Assembly (NCBI GenBank): GCA_020137815.1 | Contig: CM035359.1 | Span: forward strand, 1,736,001-1,800,000 | Direction of reading: 5' to 3' | Length of the DNA stretch: 64,000 nucleotides | From: Hormiphora californensis | Lineage: Eukaryota > Animalia > Ctenophora | Part shown: positions 12,747 to 25,449 of the stretch, piece after piece | How positions within the stretch are numbered: position 1 is the first letter of the stretch | How the letters are laid out: the number at the start of each line of letters is the position of its first letter | Translations under genes and position numbers: made by a program | Notes under the pieces: generated by a model | Seen by the model: the letters and a program-made list of their open reading frames with translations, nothing else | Databases searched by the model: none | What the model was told of the DNA's origin: nothing

Positions 12747-13123
12747 CAGTCGGACCCCGATTTAGGGGCCCCCGATTTAGTGGCACCCCGATTTAGGGAC
12801 AGGATTTTTTCCCCCGTTATATTATTATTATTATTATCATTATCATTTATTAATTTGACCCCGATTTAGTGGACACCCCGATTTAGTGGACAAGAGCCTT
12901 TCCCCCGAGGGTGTCCCTAAATCGGGGTCCGACTGTATATAAATAGAGAATATATCATAAATATATGTATATACAGTCGGACCCCGATTTAGGGACACCC
13001 TCGAGGGAAGGGCTCTTGTCCACTAAATCGGGGTGTCCACTAAATCGGTATATCGGGGAAAAAAATCATGTCCCTAAATCGGGGTGCCACTAAATCGGGG
13101 GGCCCTAAATCAGGGTCCGACTG
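12747..13123. mobile_element. Two adjacent Tc1-like MITEs (12747-12935, 12974-13123)
   Basis: Both have CAGTCGGACCCCGATTTA-type TIRs flanked by TA; same family as 9675-10539. Confidence 0.85.
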
Positions 13124-13225
13124 TATATATAACTAGACGAAAAATTCATGAATAAAAACCGGTAGAAATTCAAAATACAAACATACTTTTGTGGCTCACA
13201 CCGTAATATTATTTCTAAATCGGTA

Positions 13226-14034
13226 TAAGGCAGTGAAATGTTGTCAAAAATAGCCTGAACCTAGAAATCATTAGGGGCAAGCAAATTTTTGCACAATCCG
13301 ATAGTCAATAGGCCCTTGGACCACCCACCAAAAAAAGTCCCAAGCCCAAATGTTAGGGGAAGTGCCCCTAATTGGCCCTAATTGATTACAGTGTATTTGT
13401 AGTCATCAATTAAATCGAAAATCGTCTTAGGAAAGGAGTAGAGGAAAAACCGAGGGCACTTAAATGTCCAGCGTCCTCGCATTAGTGGGGGTAGGTGCTG
13501 GAATTAAGTCTCTATCTCGTCTGGTTAATTAGATAATTGGATAATTAGCTCTGTGCATAGCCGTTTTTGGCCATATGGCTATAGCCATGTTAGGAAAGGA
13601 TTAGAGACAAAACTGAGGGCACTAAAGTGTTCAGCGTCCTCGAGTTGGTGGGGGTAAGTGCTGGAATTAAGTCTCTATCTCATCTGGATAGATGATTGGA
13701 TAATTAGATCCATACATAGCCGTTTTTGGCCATATGGCTATAGCCACTTGGGAATGGTTTAGAGACTTTTCACTGGTGCCATTTTGTAGGCAGTAGCCAA
13801 GTTATGGGGGGTCGTGCTCGAACTTTTAAGCTCTATCTCCAACCGTTTAGCCGTTATTTGGATTATTATTTTAGTGCCCTCGGGTTTTCCTCTACTCCGA
13901 TTTTCGATTTAATTGATGACTACAAATACACTGTAATCAATTTTGGTGGTTCAGAGGCCTATTGACTATCGGATTGTGCAAAAATTAGCTTGCCCCTAAT
14001 GATTTCTTAGTCTTAACAACAAATCACTGCCTTA
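13226..14034. mobile_element. Foldback-type TIR element
   Basis: TAAGGCAGTG ... CACTGCCTTA termini with long inverted arms; internal ATAATTGGATAATTAG repeats shared with ~2030-2830. Confidence 0.65.
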
Positions 14035-15990
14035 GTAGATAAAATACAAACAATTATAACAGATCTCTCTCTCTCTCTTTCTCTCTTTCTCTATCTCTCT
14101 CTCCCTGATTTAACCCATCGATGATATTTGTAACGCGGGCCGGGCAAAGGTGTCAGTTTGAAATCAAAAGTGGTCACCTTTCCAGCCAACTAATTTCTGT
14201 TAGTTTTTGGCATAATTTATGGGGGTAGCAGAACGTGTAAAGACCGACAGGAATCGTTAAAACAGGAAAACTTCGATTTTGACTTAATTATGACGTCATA
14301 CCGTAACGTCACAACATCATAACGTCAGAGCGGTGAATTTAGATTATCAGGCTCACAGATGGCGAAAAACGCACTATCGTCAATCGCTATACCTATTTTC
14401 ATACAGTCTTAACACTTCAGACGCGATTTAAGACCCTTTGAAATAGAGTTTCACAAATTCGCGAAATATTTTCTGACAGTTTAGACGATTGCAAGTGTGG
14501 TATCCATTCGTATACTTAGTTCCAGTTTGGTCGTGCAGCTCCCTAGCAAATCTGCTTCCTGAAAAGATCAATGATAGTTCATACTTGCCATGTTCGACCC
14601 TCTCTTCCCGCGACCCGAACATGGGTTTGAAAAAAACAAGATAGCACATAGAACTGTGGAGATACATGCACATTATTTCTTGACCAATTTCTTCAAACAA
14701 ATGTTTACGGACTCACAAAATGTTCTTTCCGATTAGTTGGGCCGGTTGAGGGAAGTCATCTCCAGAAAAATGTCTAAACATGACATCAAGTCAAATCAAT
14801 AAGCTGCTGAAAGAATTCGAAGCGGTGGGGGGGGGGTTACAACTACATAATATTATTAAGATTTATATTATTCATTGTGCCCAGGCATTGGGACCCTAGG
14901 GTGTAGTTTACACCCACCGATGCAATACACTAATTGGGTGCTGGCCAGAAGATGACATAAACAAAGTTTAGGGACCAATATCAGATTGATCCCAAAACCG
15001 GGTTTTTCTCAAGATCTGTACAGCACTGGCAAAGTGTACTGCATTGGTGAATGCCCTCACTCATCACAATAGTTTCGAGATCATTGGAAAATTGCCAACA
15101 AGATAATGGCATGAAATCATTATACTCACAATACTTACCTGATGAATTGGTTAACTGTCAAGGATATCCAGCTATTGGTTCATCATGTTGAATGATATTA
15201 TGCGGCTTTTAACAACTGCTGAACAGTACGAAAAATTAAAAATATATCATAAAGCATCAACAAAGAGTATGGGTAACTCTGTAACTCACCATTTCTTTTA
15301 ATTGTCCAGACTTTATTTGTGCAGCAGTGTCCTAGGACTCCTAGGCGACTCAACCATTAGTTATTAGTTTATAGTATTCGAATACTATAAACTAATAACC
15401 TCTTCTTCTTGGGGTAGTACCGGTAACGGAAAGTAAGTTACACGACTTAACCCACGATATCTAAGTTGTTTAGACCATTATATCCTTAAATATCCTAACA
15501 CTCGCCTTCTTGTTCAGTCAAGACTGTTTCCCCCAATGGACAAAAACAGAATTGGATTGTTTTAGGTAGAGAATAGCTCTATGAGAGCATTTATTCTTTT
15601 TCCTCAAAATATATGTATGTACATATATAAATATTTATTGTATATCTATTCATACAATAATGGTCACCTTTGCGCTTGCCAGCGCAGTGATATAACACGC
15701 CGTTCTCCACCATGAAGATCTCAAAATAAGAGTTCTTAAATACCCACCTGCATTTGCACCTTCAATAGATCCAGGATATTAAGGCAGCGGATTACGGGGG
15801 CCCTAATAGATCGCCCGTATAGACTGCCCGGACGTTTCATCTATATACGGGCGATCTATTCGAGCCCCCGTAATCCCCCGTGTCAGACGGTTTAGTTCGT
15901 CTAGTTTCTAACTCACAGCTGGCGTGCTTCAACTAGGTTTAAAAATTACAACAGTACAATACATTCAGCAGCTTGACACGTATAACTGAC

Positions 15991-16905
15991 CTTGACAGAT
16001 CCCAGTAATCCATTCCGTGGTTTTTTCGGAGCACGTTGCTCTGGCAACGGATGTTTTAGAGCACTTGACTGTCATCATGGTCCCTCTTTCTGCTCCAATC
16101 ACCAGCTCTCCTTTGGAGTTTTCCTTCTCGGGGCAGTCTGAAAAGTGGTGTTTAGGATGAGTTATTACTCAGTTGTAACCGTATAGCGGTGCTCCGTCAT
16201 GGGATGCCTGACGGAGTACGTCTTTGACGCTCAATATTAATCGATTAATCGATGACGGAGCACAGCTGAACAATATCTGGCACCGCCTGATGAACAATAT
16301 TTAGTACTTACAGACATGTCTGTAGAGGATGGGCTATGTTAAATACTTACAGACAGGTCTGTAGAGGATGGAACCTTTGTCATGGTCTGGATTGAAAGAA
16401 AAGTCTTTCACTGTAACACCGGCCCAATTCGAGGCACAGTCATTCCCTCCATCTTCGAACCTCAGTTCCAGCAACTCCATTCCGTTACACCCTATGATGA
16501 ACGCTTCCTCCGTCTTGATAAGTTTCCAGGTGTTTATACTGTCCGTTGTTGTTGGCGGTTGTTTGTCAAACTTAACCCAGTCCGGTTCCGTCTGACAGTG
16601 ACCTATTCCGTAATTGTAAGATGATCCGTCATAGCCTAACCCCATGGAACCGATGTTAGTGTTGATTAAGACTTTTTCTTTGGCCGTTGCTTGCACTTCC
16701 AAACCCCGTGTGTCTAGATCATAACTCGTTGCAACACCTTTCTCCACTGGTGTCCAACCTTCAACACAATTTTAATTGAAAAGAAGATAAATATATTTTC
16801 ATAGAGCATTTGTAATTTATGTAATGAGTAATGACTGCTATTAAACTCACCTTGAGGAGTTGCTCCTATTCCTGTTACCAGGGCAACAAACAGGAGCAGA
16901 TTCAT
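15991..16905 (-). CDS. Secreted protein: signal peptide, lineage-specific ~135-aa domain and Sushi/CCP-like module (3' end unresolved)
   Basis: Exons 16905-16851 (MNLLLFVALVTGIGATPQ), 16758-16351 (GWTPVEKG...ILYRPV) and 16137-15991 (YCPEK...C...C...W.TGICQ). All introns are GT-AG, phase 1, and the frame stays open. Confidence 0.75.
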
Positions 16906-17041
16906 TGCTACTGAAAAGCAGAGTGGGTGTTTTGGTGGGTTTATAAACTGTTTGCCGGAAATGTGATACCGCATGCTGCAGTGATGAGCTGCTCCTTCAT
17001 TAAAAAAGCTTCCATATCATCAGCCTAACCTCACATGGGTA

Positions 17042-17329
17042 TCTAACTATATGACACCCTATCGTCAATGTGACGACGTGATCCGTCAATGTGACGACGT
17101 GATCCGTCAGCGTGACGACATGATCCGTCAGTGTGACGACGTGATTCGTAGGTATCACGTATCACACGTGTTGAGAACTGCTTGCGACTTGAGCGGTCAC
17201 ATCACATGTATAAAAGGGAGAGAAAGAGAGAAAAATAGAGGGATCACATCACATAGCATATAGCAGACAGGCAGAGAGAAAAACAGACCCCTCGATTTGC
17301 GATCGGTACGATCGCCCCAGTTTTGCTAG
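17042..17329 (+). mobile_element. Short non-autonomous Helitron
   Basis: 5' A|TCTAACTATAT; 21-bp tandem repeat (TGTGACGACGTGATCCGTCA core); hairpin GCGATCG-GTA-CGATCGC; CTAG|T 3' end; homologous to 49656-49953. Confidence 0.8.
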
Positions 17330-18974
17330 TTAAAGCTAATGGAAAAAACCATTCTCACTTATCTCCAAGACGAAAGAAACATCAATTCAAAACTATTCAA
17401 AAACTAGCAATATGGATTCAAAAGCGGCAGACTAGATCGACGATAACAGCAACCAATCATCTCTCAAACACAATAGAAGATGCTATTATTATGCTATTAT
17501 TATTATATGGCGAATAATCAACTCGCGTTTGCCTCTTGGGGCCTTTCTGGATGTCGAAGGAGCCTTCGACCGGGTTCATTTCCATGCCCTCGAAAAAGGA
17601 CTTACTAGACTAGACGAATCAGACATACCCGAAGTCATCTAGGTAATTGGATATCAACTTGCCCTCGAAACAGATAAATTGTATTTTATGTTAGATACAT
17701 TATCCTCACTCACGGAGGAGAACGAATCACATGGAAAATTGAGCGAAGAGTCCTTCAAGGAGGCATTCTCTCACGATGGGCCTTCGAATTCTCTTTTAAA
17801 CGATACCAAAACGATTTCAGGAACCGAGGATATTCGTCAATTATGATAATGGTATGGGCCGTGCTTGTATTGAGAATACGGTATCGGTTCGACACGGTGT
17901 CAGTTCAATACTGTAAAACGACGGGCAAGCGGGGCCAATCAGGGCGTTATTACGTGCTGACCAAATGTACTTTCAACAGATTGTTGACAAAGCCATTACC
18001 GTATCCACCGTATTACCGTATCTTCACTACTGTTACACTACTGTTACAGTGGTGCTTGTAGTGGGAATACGGTATCTGAATAATACATTATCTGACCTTT
18101 ACGGTTTCTGAATTACATATAATTATATATTTGAAATAGGAGCAGCGGCAAAGCCCCTGGTTAGGTGGGGGTCTCCGGTCTAGGGGGCAAAGCCGCCCGA
18201 AAATTGAGACTTTTTAACCGATTTTCACTCATTTTAGGCATTTAAAAGTCAATCTTGAGAGAAATAAATTGACTCTATTTACGTCCGATTTTTTGAAACT
18301 GTCTCACCCCTTTTCACACGCGGCGTCGTATTTGCGCGTGATAGCCCCCACTTGCTCTCACTTTTCAGCAAAAAACCGCATATCATCGGAAAGGGCATAA
18401 TTTTGTGAGTCCGTAAAACTTTGGTTTGACGAAATTGGTCAAGAAACAAAGGCGTGAGAGCGAAAACAAGTTTCCGACGTGCAAATAATAACTCGCGCGC
18501 CACCCAGGGGGGCAACAGTTTCAAAAAATCCGACTTTATACATATACAGTCGGACCCCGATTTAACGGCACCCTCGGGGGAAAGGGTTTTGTCCGTTAAA
18601 TCGGGGTGTCCGTTAAATCGGGGTATAGCATATTTGGCCCATAAAACCCTATTTTTGTCCAAAATATATACTAAAACACCTCTAAGTGTTAAATGCAATA
18701 TCCATGTATTGATTACATGATCATTTCTGATTAAAAAAGGAATGAATTTCAAAATAATTTCAAAATAAGTTATAACAATTTTCTAAGGTACTACAGTCGG
18801 GCCCCGATTTACCGGGATCCTCGGGGGAAGTCATTTTGCCCGGTAAATCGGTGTGCCCAGTATTATATCGGGGTAGAGCATATTTGACCCATAAATCCTA
18901 CTTATGTCCAAAATTCTATACCAAGACACCTCTAACTGTATAGTATACATTTATTGATGACAATATGATCATTC

Positions 18975-20101
18975 GGCAGGTTGGAAGAATCTCGACACGC
19001 TATTACAGTACTGTAATAACTCACTATTACAGTACTGTAATAGCGAGGCCCTGTAATAGCTGCCCCTGTAATAACTCGCTATTACAGTACTGTAATAGAG
19101 ATGTCCTGTAATAGTGATCAGCTATTACAGCAGTACCCTCGTATCAGTTCACATTGTTCCGCCGCTATTCCGCTAATGAGGTTTACCGAATCGTGAACAG
19201 TACCCCGTATCGGTTGATATTGTAAACAGTTCCGCCGCTAATGAGCTACACTGAATCGTGAACAGTACCCCGTATCGGTTGATATTGTAAACAGTTCCGC
19301 CGCTAATGAGCTATACCGATTACCGAATCGTGAACCGATACGGATCAGTGTACTACGTATCGGTTCACACACGAAACTAATCCCCTCTCTGTCTCTTTCA
19401 GCTATCGCTCTATCCCTATGATCACTGTCCCTATCTCTTTGTGCCTCTGTCTCTCTCTGTCCCTCTTTCTCACGTTGCACGACCTTAACGTGCTTAAGTC
19501 ATGACACGTGATTCGTTAAGATCATGTGCTTAACATTACAGGGGGGGGGGGTATCATGGTGACTTATCTGACCATTTGGGGTATGTCAGCATCTCATTTG
19601 TCACCAAATCCCCCCCCCCCCCCGTTATAATAAGCACATGATCTTAACGAATCACATGTCATGATTTAAGCATTGTAGGCTTGTGCAACGTGAGAAAGGA
19701 GAGATACAGAGATACAGAGACAGAGAGAGACATAGATACAGAGATAGCTGAGAGGGATAGAGAGGAGACTAGTTTGGTGTGTGAACCGATACGCAGTACA
19801 CTCCGTATCGGTTCACGATTCTGTGTAGTTCATTAGCGACGGAACTGTTTACAATATCAACCGATACGGGGTACTGCTCACGATTCGGTAAACCTCATTA
19901 GCGGCGGAACCGCTTACAATGTGAACTGATACGAGGGTATTGCTGTATTAGCTAATCACTATTACAAGGTATCGCTATTACAGTACTGTAATAGCGAGTT
20001 ATTACAGGGGCCGCTATTACAGGGCCTCGCTATTACAGTACTGCAGTAATAGTGAGTTATTACAGTACTGTAATAGCCTGTCGAGATTCTTCCGACCTGC
20101 C
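18975..20101. mobile_element. 1.1-kb near-palindromic foldback element with 8-bp TSD (Merlin- or hAT-like)
   Basis: TIR GGCAGGT(T/C)GGAAGAATCTCGACA; TSD GATCATTC (18967-18974, 20102-20109); empty site at 1751-1758. Confidence 0.88.
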
Positions 20102-20243
20102 GATCATTCAATGATGATTCATTGCTTCTGTCATGTTCGCAAAAGGCAAGCTTCCCCTCGTCCGACCCGAAGGGAATTCTAGTAACAAATCTAAATTGTA
20201 CGAGTTAGTGGGTGCTATGGCATAAATTTATGCTTTCATGTAC

Positions 20244-20397
20244 ATGATACAAATCTCAAATTTGGGTTCTTTTCCTGGTAAAAACCGTTCACGATTGTAG
20301 AATTTGTAGCTACATACCACGTGGTATGTAGCTACAAATTCTACAATCGTGAACGGTTTTTACCAGGAAAAGAACCCAAATTTGAGATTTGTATCAT
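20244..20397. repeat. 154-bp perfect palindrome
   Basis: Centred on CCAC|GTGG at 20320/20321. Confidence 0.9.
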
Positions 20398-21674
20398 ATA
20401 TGATACTATTGTCCTAAGGGTAAATTCTCCTAAAACATACATAATTCGTGCTAGAAAAGGAGCTAAGAGACAAATGGGGGCACTAAAATGTGTAGAATCA
20501 TCGCATTAGTGGGGGTAGAGCACATATTTAGATCGCTATCTGGATCCATAATTGAGATAATTGGATAATTAGCTAATTAGTTACCCTGGAGCGCTAATAA
20601 ATGAGACTAGGCGGAGTATACAAGACAAGTGAGGGCACTAAAATGTGTAAAATCATCGCCTTAGCGGGGGTAGAGCACATAGCTGAGTTTCTATTCCCAC
20701 TCCTAATTGAGATAATTGGATAATTAGCTAATTGACGGTTGCACACCGTCCACTTTTCACCAAATCCCGTGGTTTCTAGGTAATCCTGAGCTCTTTTGCT
20801 CAATCTAAGGATCTTCTGACAACCCCTAACCCCATTTGTATCACCTTTGACTCGTTTTACACAATAGTAAAGCACTCGATACAACCCTAGACACTGCCTT
20901 CAGCTCTTTAGAACCCTCTTGCTCCATCCTAGACCTCTCATACATCCAAGATCCAACTACAATCCTATAGAAATTTTATATCCTATATGCTCCTACAACA
21001 CGTTCAACCTCTAATGTACTACAGTTTCCCCTATTTATTGTTTGGACACACGGTTATAGGGGTTTAGGGATATTAGGGGATGTCAGAAGATCAGTAGATT
21101 GAGCAAAAGAGCTCAGGATTACCTAGAAACCACGGGATTTGGTGAAAAGTGGACGGTGTGCAACCGTCAACTAGCTAATTATCCAATTATCTCATTTAGG
21201 AGTTGGAATAGAAACTCAGCTATGTGCTCTACCTCCACTAAGCGGCGATAATTTTACACATTTTTACACATTTTACACACAGACTGTTTACTGTTATGTA
21301 CAACGGATGCACTACGGGCAGCCAGTTCTATATTCCATCACTTTTCTTTTTTTTGAGTCCTCCCCGCGCTAACATTTGTCACTCCCTGTATTACATAACA
21401 TGTACCTGTGTCCACGGTTTGACAGATGTTAAACTCTGCAGCCACATGATTGACTCCGGTAGTAGGGTCGGAATACTGCCTTTGGGTGGTGACGCTCCAG
21501 TTGCAGATTGGAGGCTGGCTCCAGTTTCTGGCGCCAGCCTCCAGTCTGCAACTGGCGCAAGCTGGGAGAGTCCCTGTGCGCGCCAAATCTTCGTTGACTA
21601 GCAGGGTTTTCGATGTGAATTGCATGTAAAGTAGCGCGCGCGGCAGTGTCAGCAGTGTCAGCAGGGGCCTGCTT

Positions 21675-21759
21675 CATTGTAACTAACGTCAGTCGCAAAA
21701 TCTCTAACTGGACCCTCAGGGTCCAGTTAGAGATTTTGCGACTGACGTTAGTTACAATG
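21675..21759. repeat. 85-bp inverted repeat (42-bp arms, 1-nt loop)
   Basis: CATTGTAACTAACGTC...GGACCCT-C-AGGGTCC...GACGTTAGTTACAATG. Confidence 0.9.
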
Positions 21760-23814
21760 TGCTATAACACCGGCGCGGTGTTTATCTGTATATCGCCTCC
21801 CGCGCGGGAGGCGATGTTCCCGCATATCGGCCCCTTGCGGAGCAAGGGGACGATATGCAATATATCGCCCCCAACGTATAGTGAGGGCGATATATTTGAT
21901 ACACATAAGGTGTTATAGCATATAACGCCCACTGCAAGCAAGGAGAGAACAACACTAATCCCCTTTCAAGTTTTTCAGCCTAATTTGACATATTATTCAG
22001 CATCATCAAACTTTCACAGTTCAACAACAAATGATTACACAGAGAGAGAGGCAACACAACCCATGTCAACCCTTCAAATATGTTCCCCTTGCAACTGCAG
22101 ACATGTCTAGACACTCACACACACACACACAAGCAAACTATTGGGGCTAATTAAGTAGAGAGATAACGAATGCCAACGTCTTTCTTGTTTCTCTCTTATG
22201 TTAACCTATACACACTCCCTATCCCTACATTTCTTCTTCCTTAATCAACAGTGTGTTACACAGTACACACATACACACATAAGAAAGGATTTCACACCTT
22301 TTTTGAATGAATTCTTGTGTGTAATAAACTACACTTTTGGAGCGTGTGATATGAGATTTATCACCTCGGATGCAGTCATATCAGCCCGCTACCGCGCGGG
22401 TGATATTTGTCTAAAAAAAGCGCAGTGGGCGTTATAATATAGATAACCCCGGCTAGTAGAGGGATGAAATCTGATATATCACCCTGTAAGGGTGGTATAT
22501 CAATACGATATCCACGAGGAGCAACACAGTAGACTGCGGGAAATATCAGCAGGGGGGGGTGGTTTATAAATAGATTTCTCTACTAGAGAGAAGTGTTGAG
22601 TTTGTGCTCTTGCAGTGGGTTTTATAGGGAGAGAGGACACAGCGTGTTGTTGTGCATCACGTGTCCCCGTTATCAGCACACGTGGCAGCTGATCCCTTGA
22701 TCACGTGACAGCTGATCCCATTACGCCTCCTCTCCCGGGTAGCGAGAGAAAGTACCGTAAAGTGGGTGAGGCGTCACTATAACAGCCAATTATCTCTGTC
22801 CTCCAGCTGTAAGATGACATGTCACGTGTTACAGACAATACAGACGCTGCTGTTATAGAGAGAGACGTCTCTCTCTGGAGCAGAAAAGGCATCGATTGCC
22901 CAACACAATAATATTGCTCCACTCACTCCTATTACTTTCTATCCCCAAAGTCCCCATCAAGTGCCCCAGCCCAAGCAATCATCGTATCCAAGAAAGACCA
23001 AGAATCCCATACCTAATGATCCACAATGCTACCAAATGATCTCGAATCAGAATATCCTCCTCTCCGCCCCCAATGCCAACTAGTGCGATAACGACGCACT
23101 CTCCGATAAGACAAACACACTGACGAACGACAAGGAGAAAGAGGAATCCGCTAGCAGAGAATCAACGAAGCGACAGAGATGAGGAGCAACGAGTATGAGT
23201 CGGAGGTGCAAGTACTCTAACTAGTACTACTTATCCTATGCTAGCAGCTCATATCTAATCTCTCACTATCTCACTCTCTGCCTTCTCTCTTCTTCTCTCT
23301 CCTTCTCTCTCATACAGAGCTCGTGGCATAAGAAACGAATCGACGAGAGAGATATGAGTAGCGAAGGAGGGAAAGAGAAGAAGAATCCAGGCAAGAAGAA
23401 CGAGAGAAGAGAGAGAGCGGAAATGTGAGAGAGAAAAGAGAAGAGGCGAGTGCAGGGAGAGGCGAGATGAGAGGCAGATAAGAGAGAAGTGGAGAGTCTA
23501 GATTGGGAAGACAAAGCAAGTAAATACGCATGCCCGGAAAAAAAGTTCCCAAAAGCCCGAATTGTAAAATGAATAATTATTGTTTATCAAAAAAGGGGAA
23601 GGGGGAAAAAAAAAAAAAAAAAAAGGGGGGAAAAACAGTAATTAGGGAAAAAACCAAAAAACCCAAAAAGGAAAATCCCCCAAATGAAAAGGAGAATGAA
23701 AAAAGGGGGAAAAGAGAAAAAGCAGAGGAAAAAGGGGTAGAAAGGAAAGAAGAAGAGAGAGAGAGCAAGGCCCGATGGAGGAGAGAGAGGAGAAGAAGAG
23801 AGAGAGAGGAGAGG

Positions 23815-23847
<33 letters not shown>

Positions 23848-25449
23848 GGAGAGAAAAGAGAGAGAAGAGACGACAGAGAGAGAGGGCGAGAGGAGGGGAG
23901 CGAAGGGTCCGCCGGGAGAAGAGAGGAGAGAGAGGAGCGAGAGAGAAGAGCGAGCCGAGGAGGAGAGGAAGCCGAGAGAAAGAGAAGGGGGACCCGAGAA
24001 GCCAGAGAGAGCCGGGGGAGATCAGCGAGCTAGAGAGGAGCGCGTACCTCGCTCCTCCAAAAGGGGGGTTTCACTCCTTTCCCTCTTCTCTCTACTCTCT
24101 CTTCCTCTCTCTTCTATTCAATATAAAGAAAATATCCCAGTTGGCCCCAAAGTTAATTTCACACCGAAGTTGAATACACGAAATGTTTTGGGTTTTTCCC
24201 TTAAAAAATTAACAGGCGTTCAGTTGGCACGTGCGACCTAGGCGCTGGCAAGATGTTACATGTTGCAACATGTAAAAGTATACATTTGCAGTTTCATGTT
24301 TGTTTCATTTTGAATGCTCTGTTAAACTGACATAAAGTTCGAGACCTCTTTAACCCTTTGACGGCGACAGAGCATATATGCTACAGTCTATTCTAGGCGG
24401 CCTGGAAGTCCTTATGTTTTATCTAGGTGGCCCATATTTTGTCACAAGCTAGTTTTAGGGATTATGAACCTAAAACCACGTCCAGATCAGCTCAGAAAAT
24501 CAAGAAAAATTTTTAATAGCCCTTCTAAGGGGGCTAATTTCGGCCTTTTTTTAAAAACATTTCTTATTTTTATGTTTTTTTGGGGGCACAACTAATCCTT
24601 TGAAGGAATAAAAGTGCTCGACATAACCGACCGAATGCAAAAAGCCGCATCAAAAAATATTGAAAATTGAATGAGCTATTACCATTTAAGGCGCCGTATC
24701 ATAGAAATTCTCTATAATTCAGCATTCACTCGCAAGTATATAACCAGCTAATAAGTACCAGCTAATCATGAAGTCGAACTCGATCTCGAGAGACATATTA
24801 TATGCTCCAAAAATCGAAACTTCCTGTGAATCAGATTCTCTATTCGCCTCGCTTTTTATTGGGTCACTTCTTAGTATGAAGTATGAACTTAAATACTTCT
24901 ATACATTCATAACTCATCTTACTCAACAACAAAAAACCCACAGCTACTGTTATAATGATCAGAGTTTCTGAAATTATTTGTAAATAAAAAACCCCCAATG
25001 CTCCAGCTCCTATGAGTTATTAATATACTTTTGAAGTCAAACTTTACGGTTTTTATATCGGTAAAGAAGATTCAGTGCCGCATTCTGTACCCACACTATA
25101 ATTGTACCGCTCTGGTAGTGGTCAGGGAGTTGGCTGGATGCATGCCTTTCTGTTCGGGCGATCGAAATATATCGCTACCGCCCAAAACTGTCCGACCCTC
25201 ATATTATACCAAGATCATTAATATACTTCTGAATATAATTTAACAGAGGCACATTTAGAAACTACAAAGCGACGACGATGACCAGATGGTGATTTGTGAA
25301 TACTATTAGCATCTTAGGATCTTGTTAGCACAACGAGAAGGTAGAGGTGAAAATAAAGGACTATTGAACTGTGACACAAACTTGAACTGAAATTTGCTCC
25401 GGTTTTATACTTTTATTCAGTTTTTAGCTTGCTAAAACATTTAACAAAG

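Larger units (their letters stand above)
17783..24353 (+). repeat. Copy B of the duplicated block
   Basis: See copy A. Similarity ends at TTAA followed by CCCTTTG (a piggyBac-like left end at 24354; no right end found). Confidence 0.9.

Noticed and set aside
15130-15470. Further exons of the 16905 gene (...LPQEEE / NKVWTIKRN...)
   Set aside because: Could not be joined into a stop-free model; interrupted by a palindrome.
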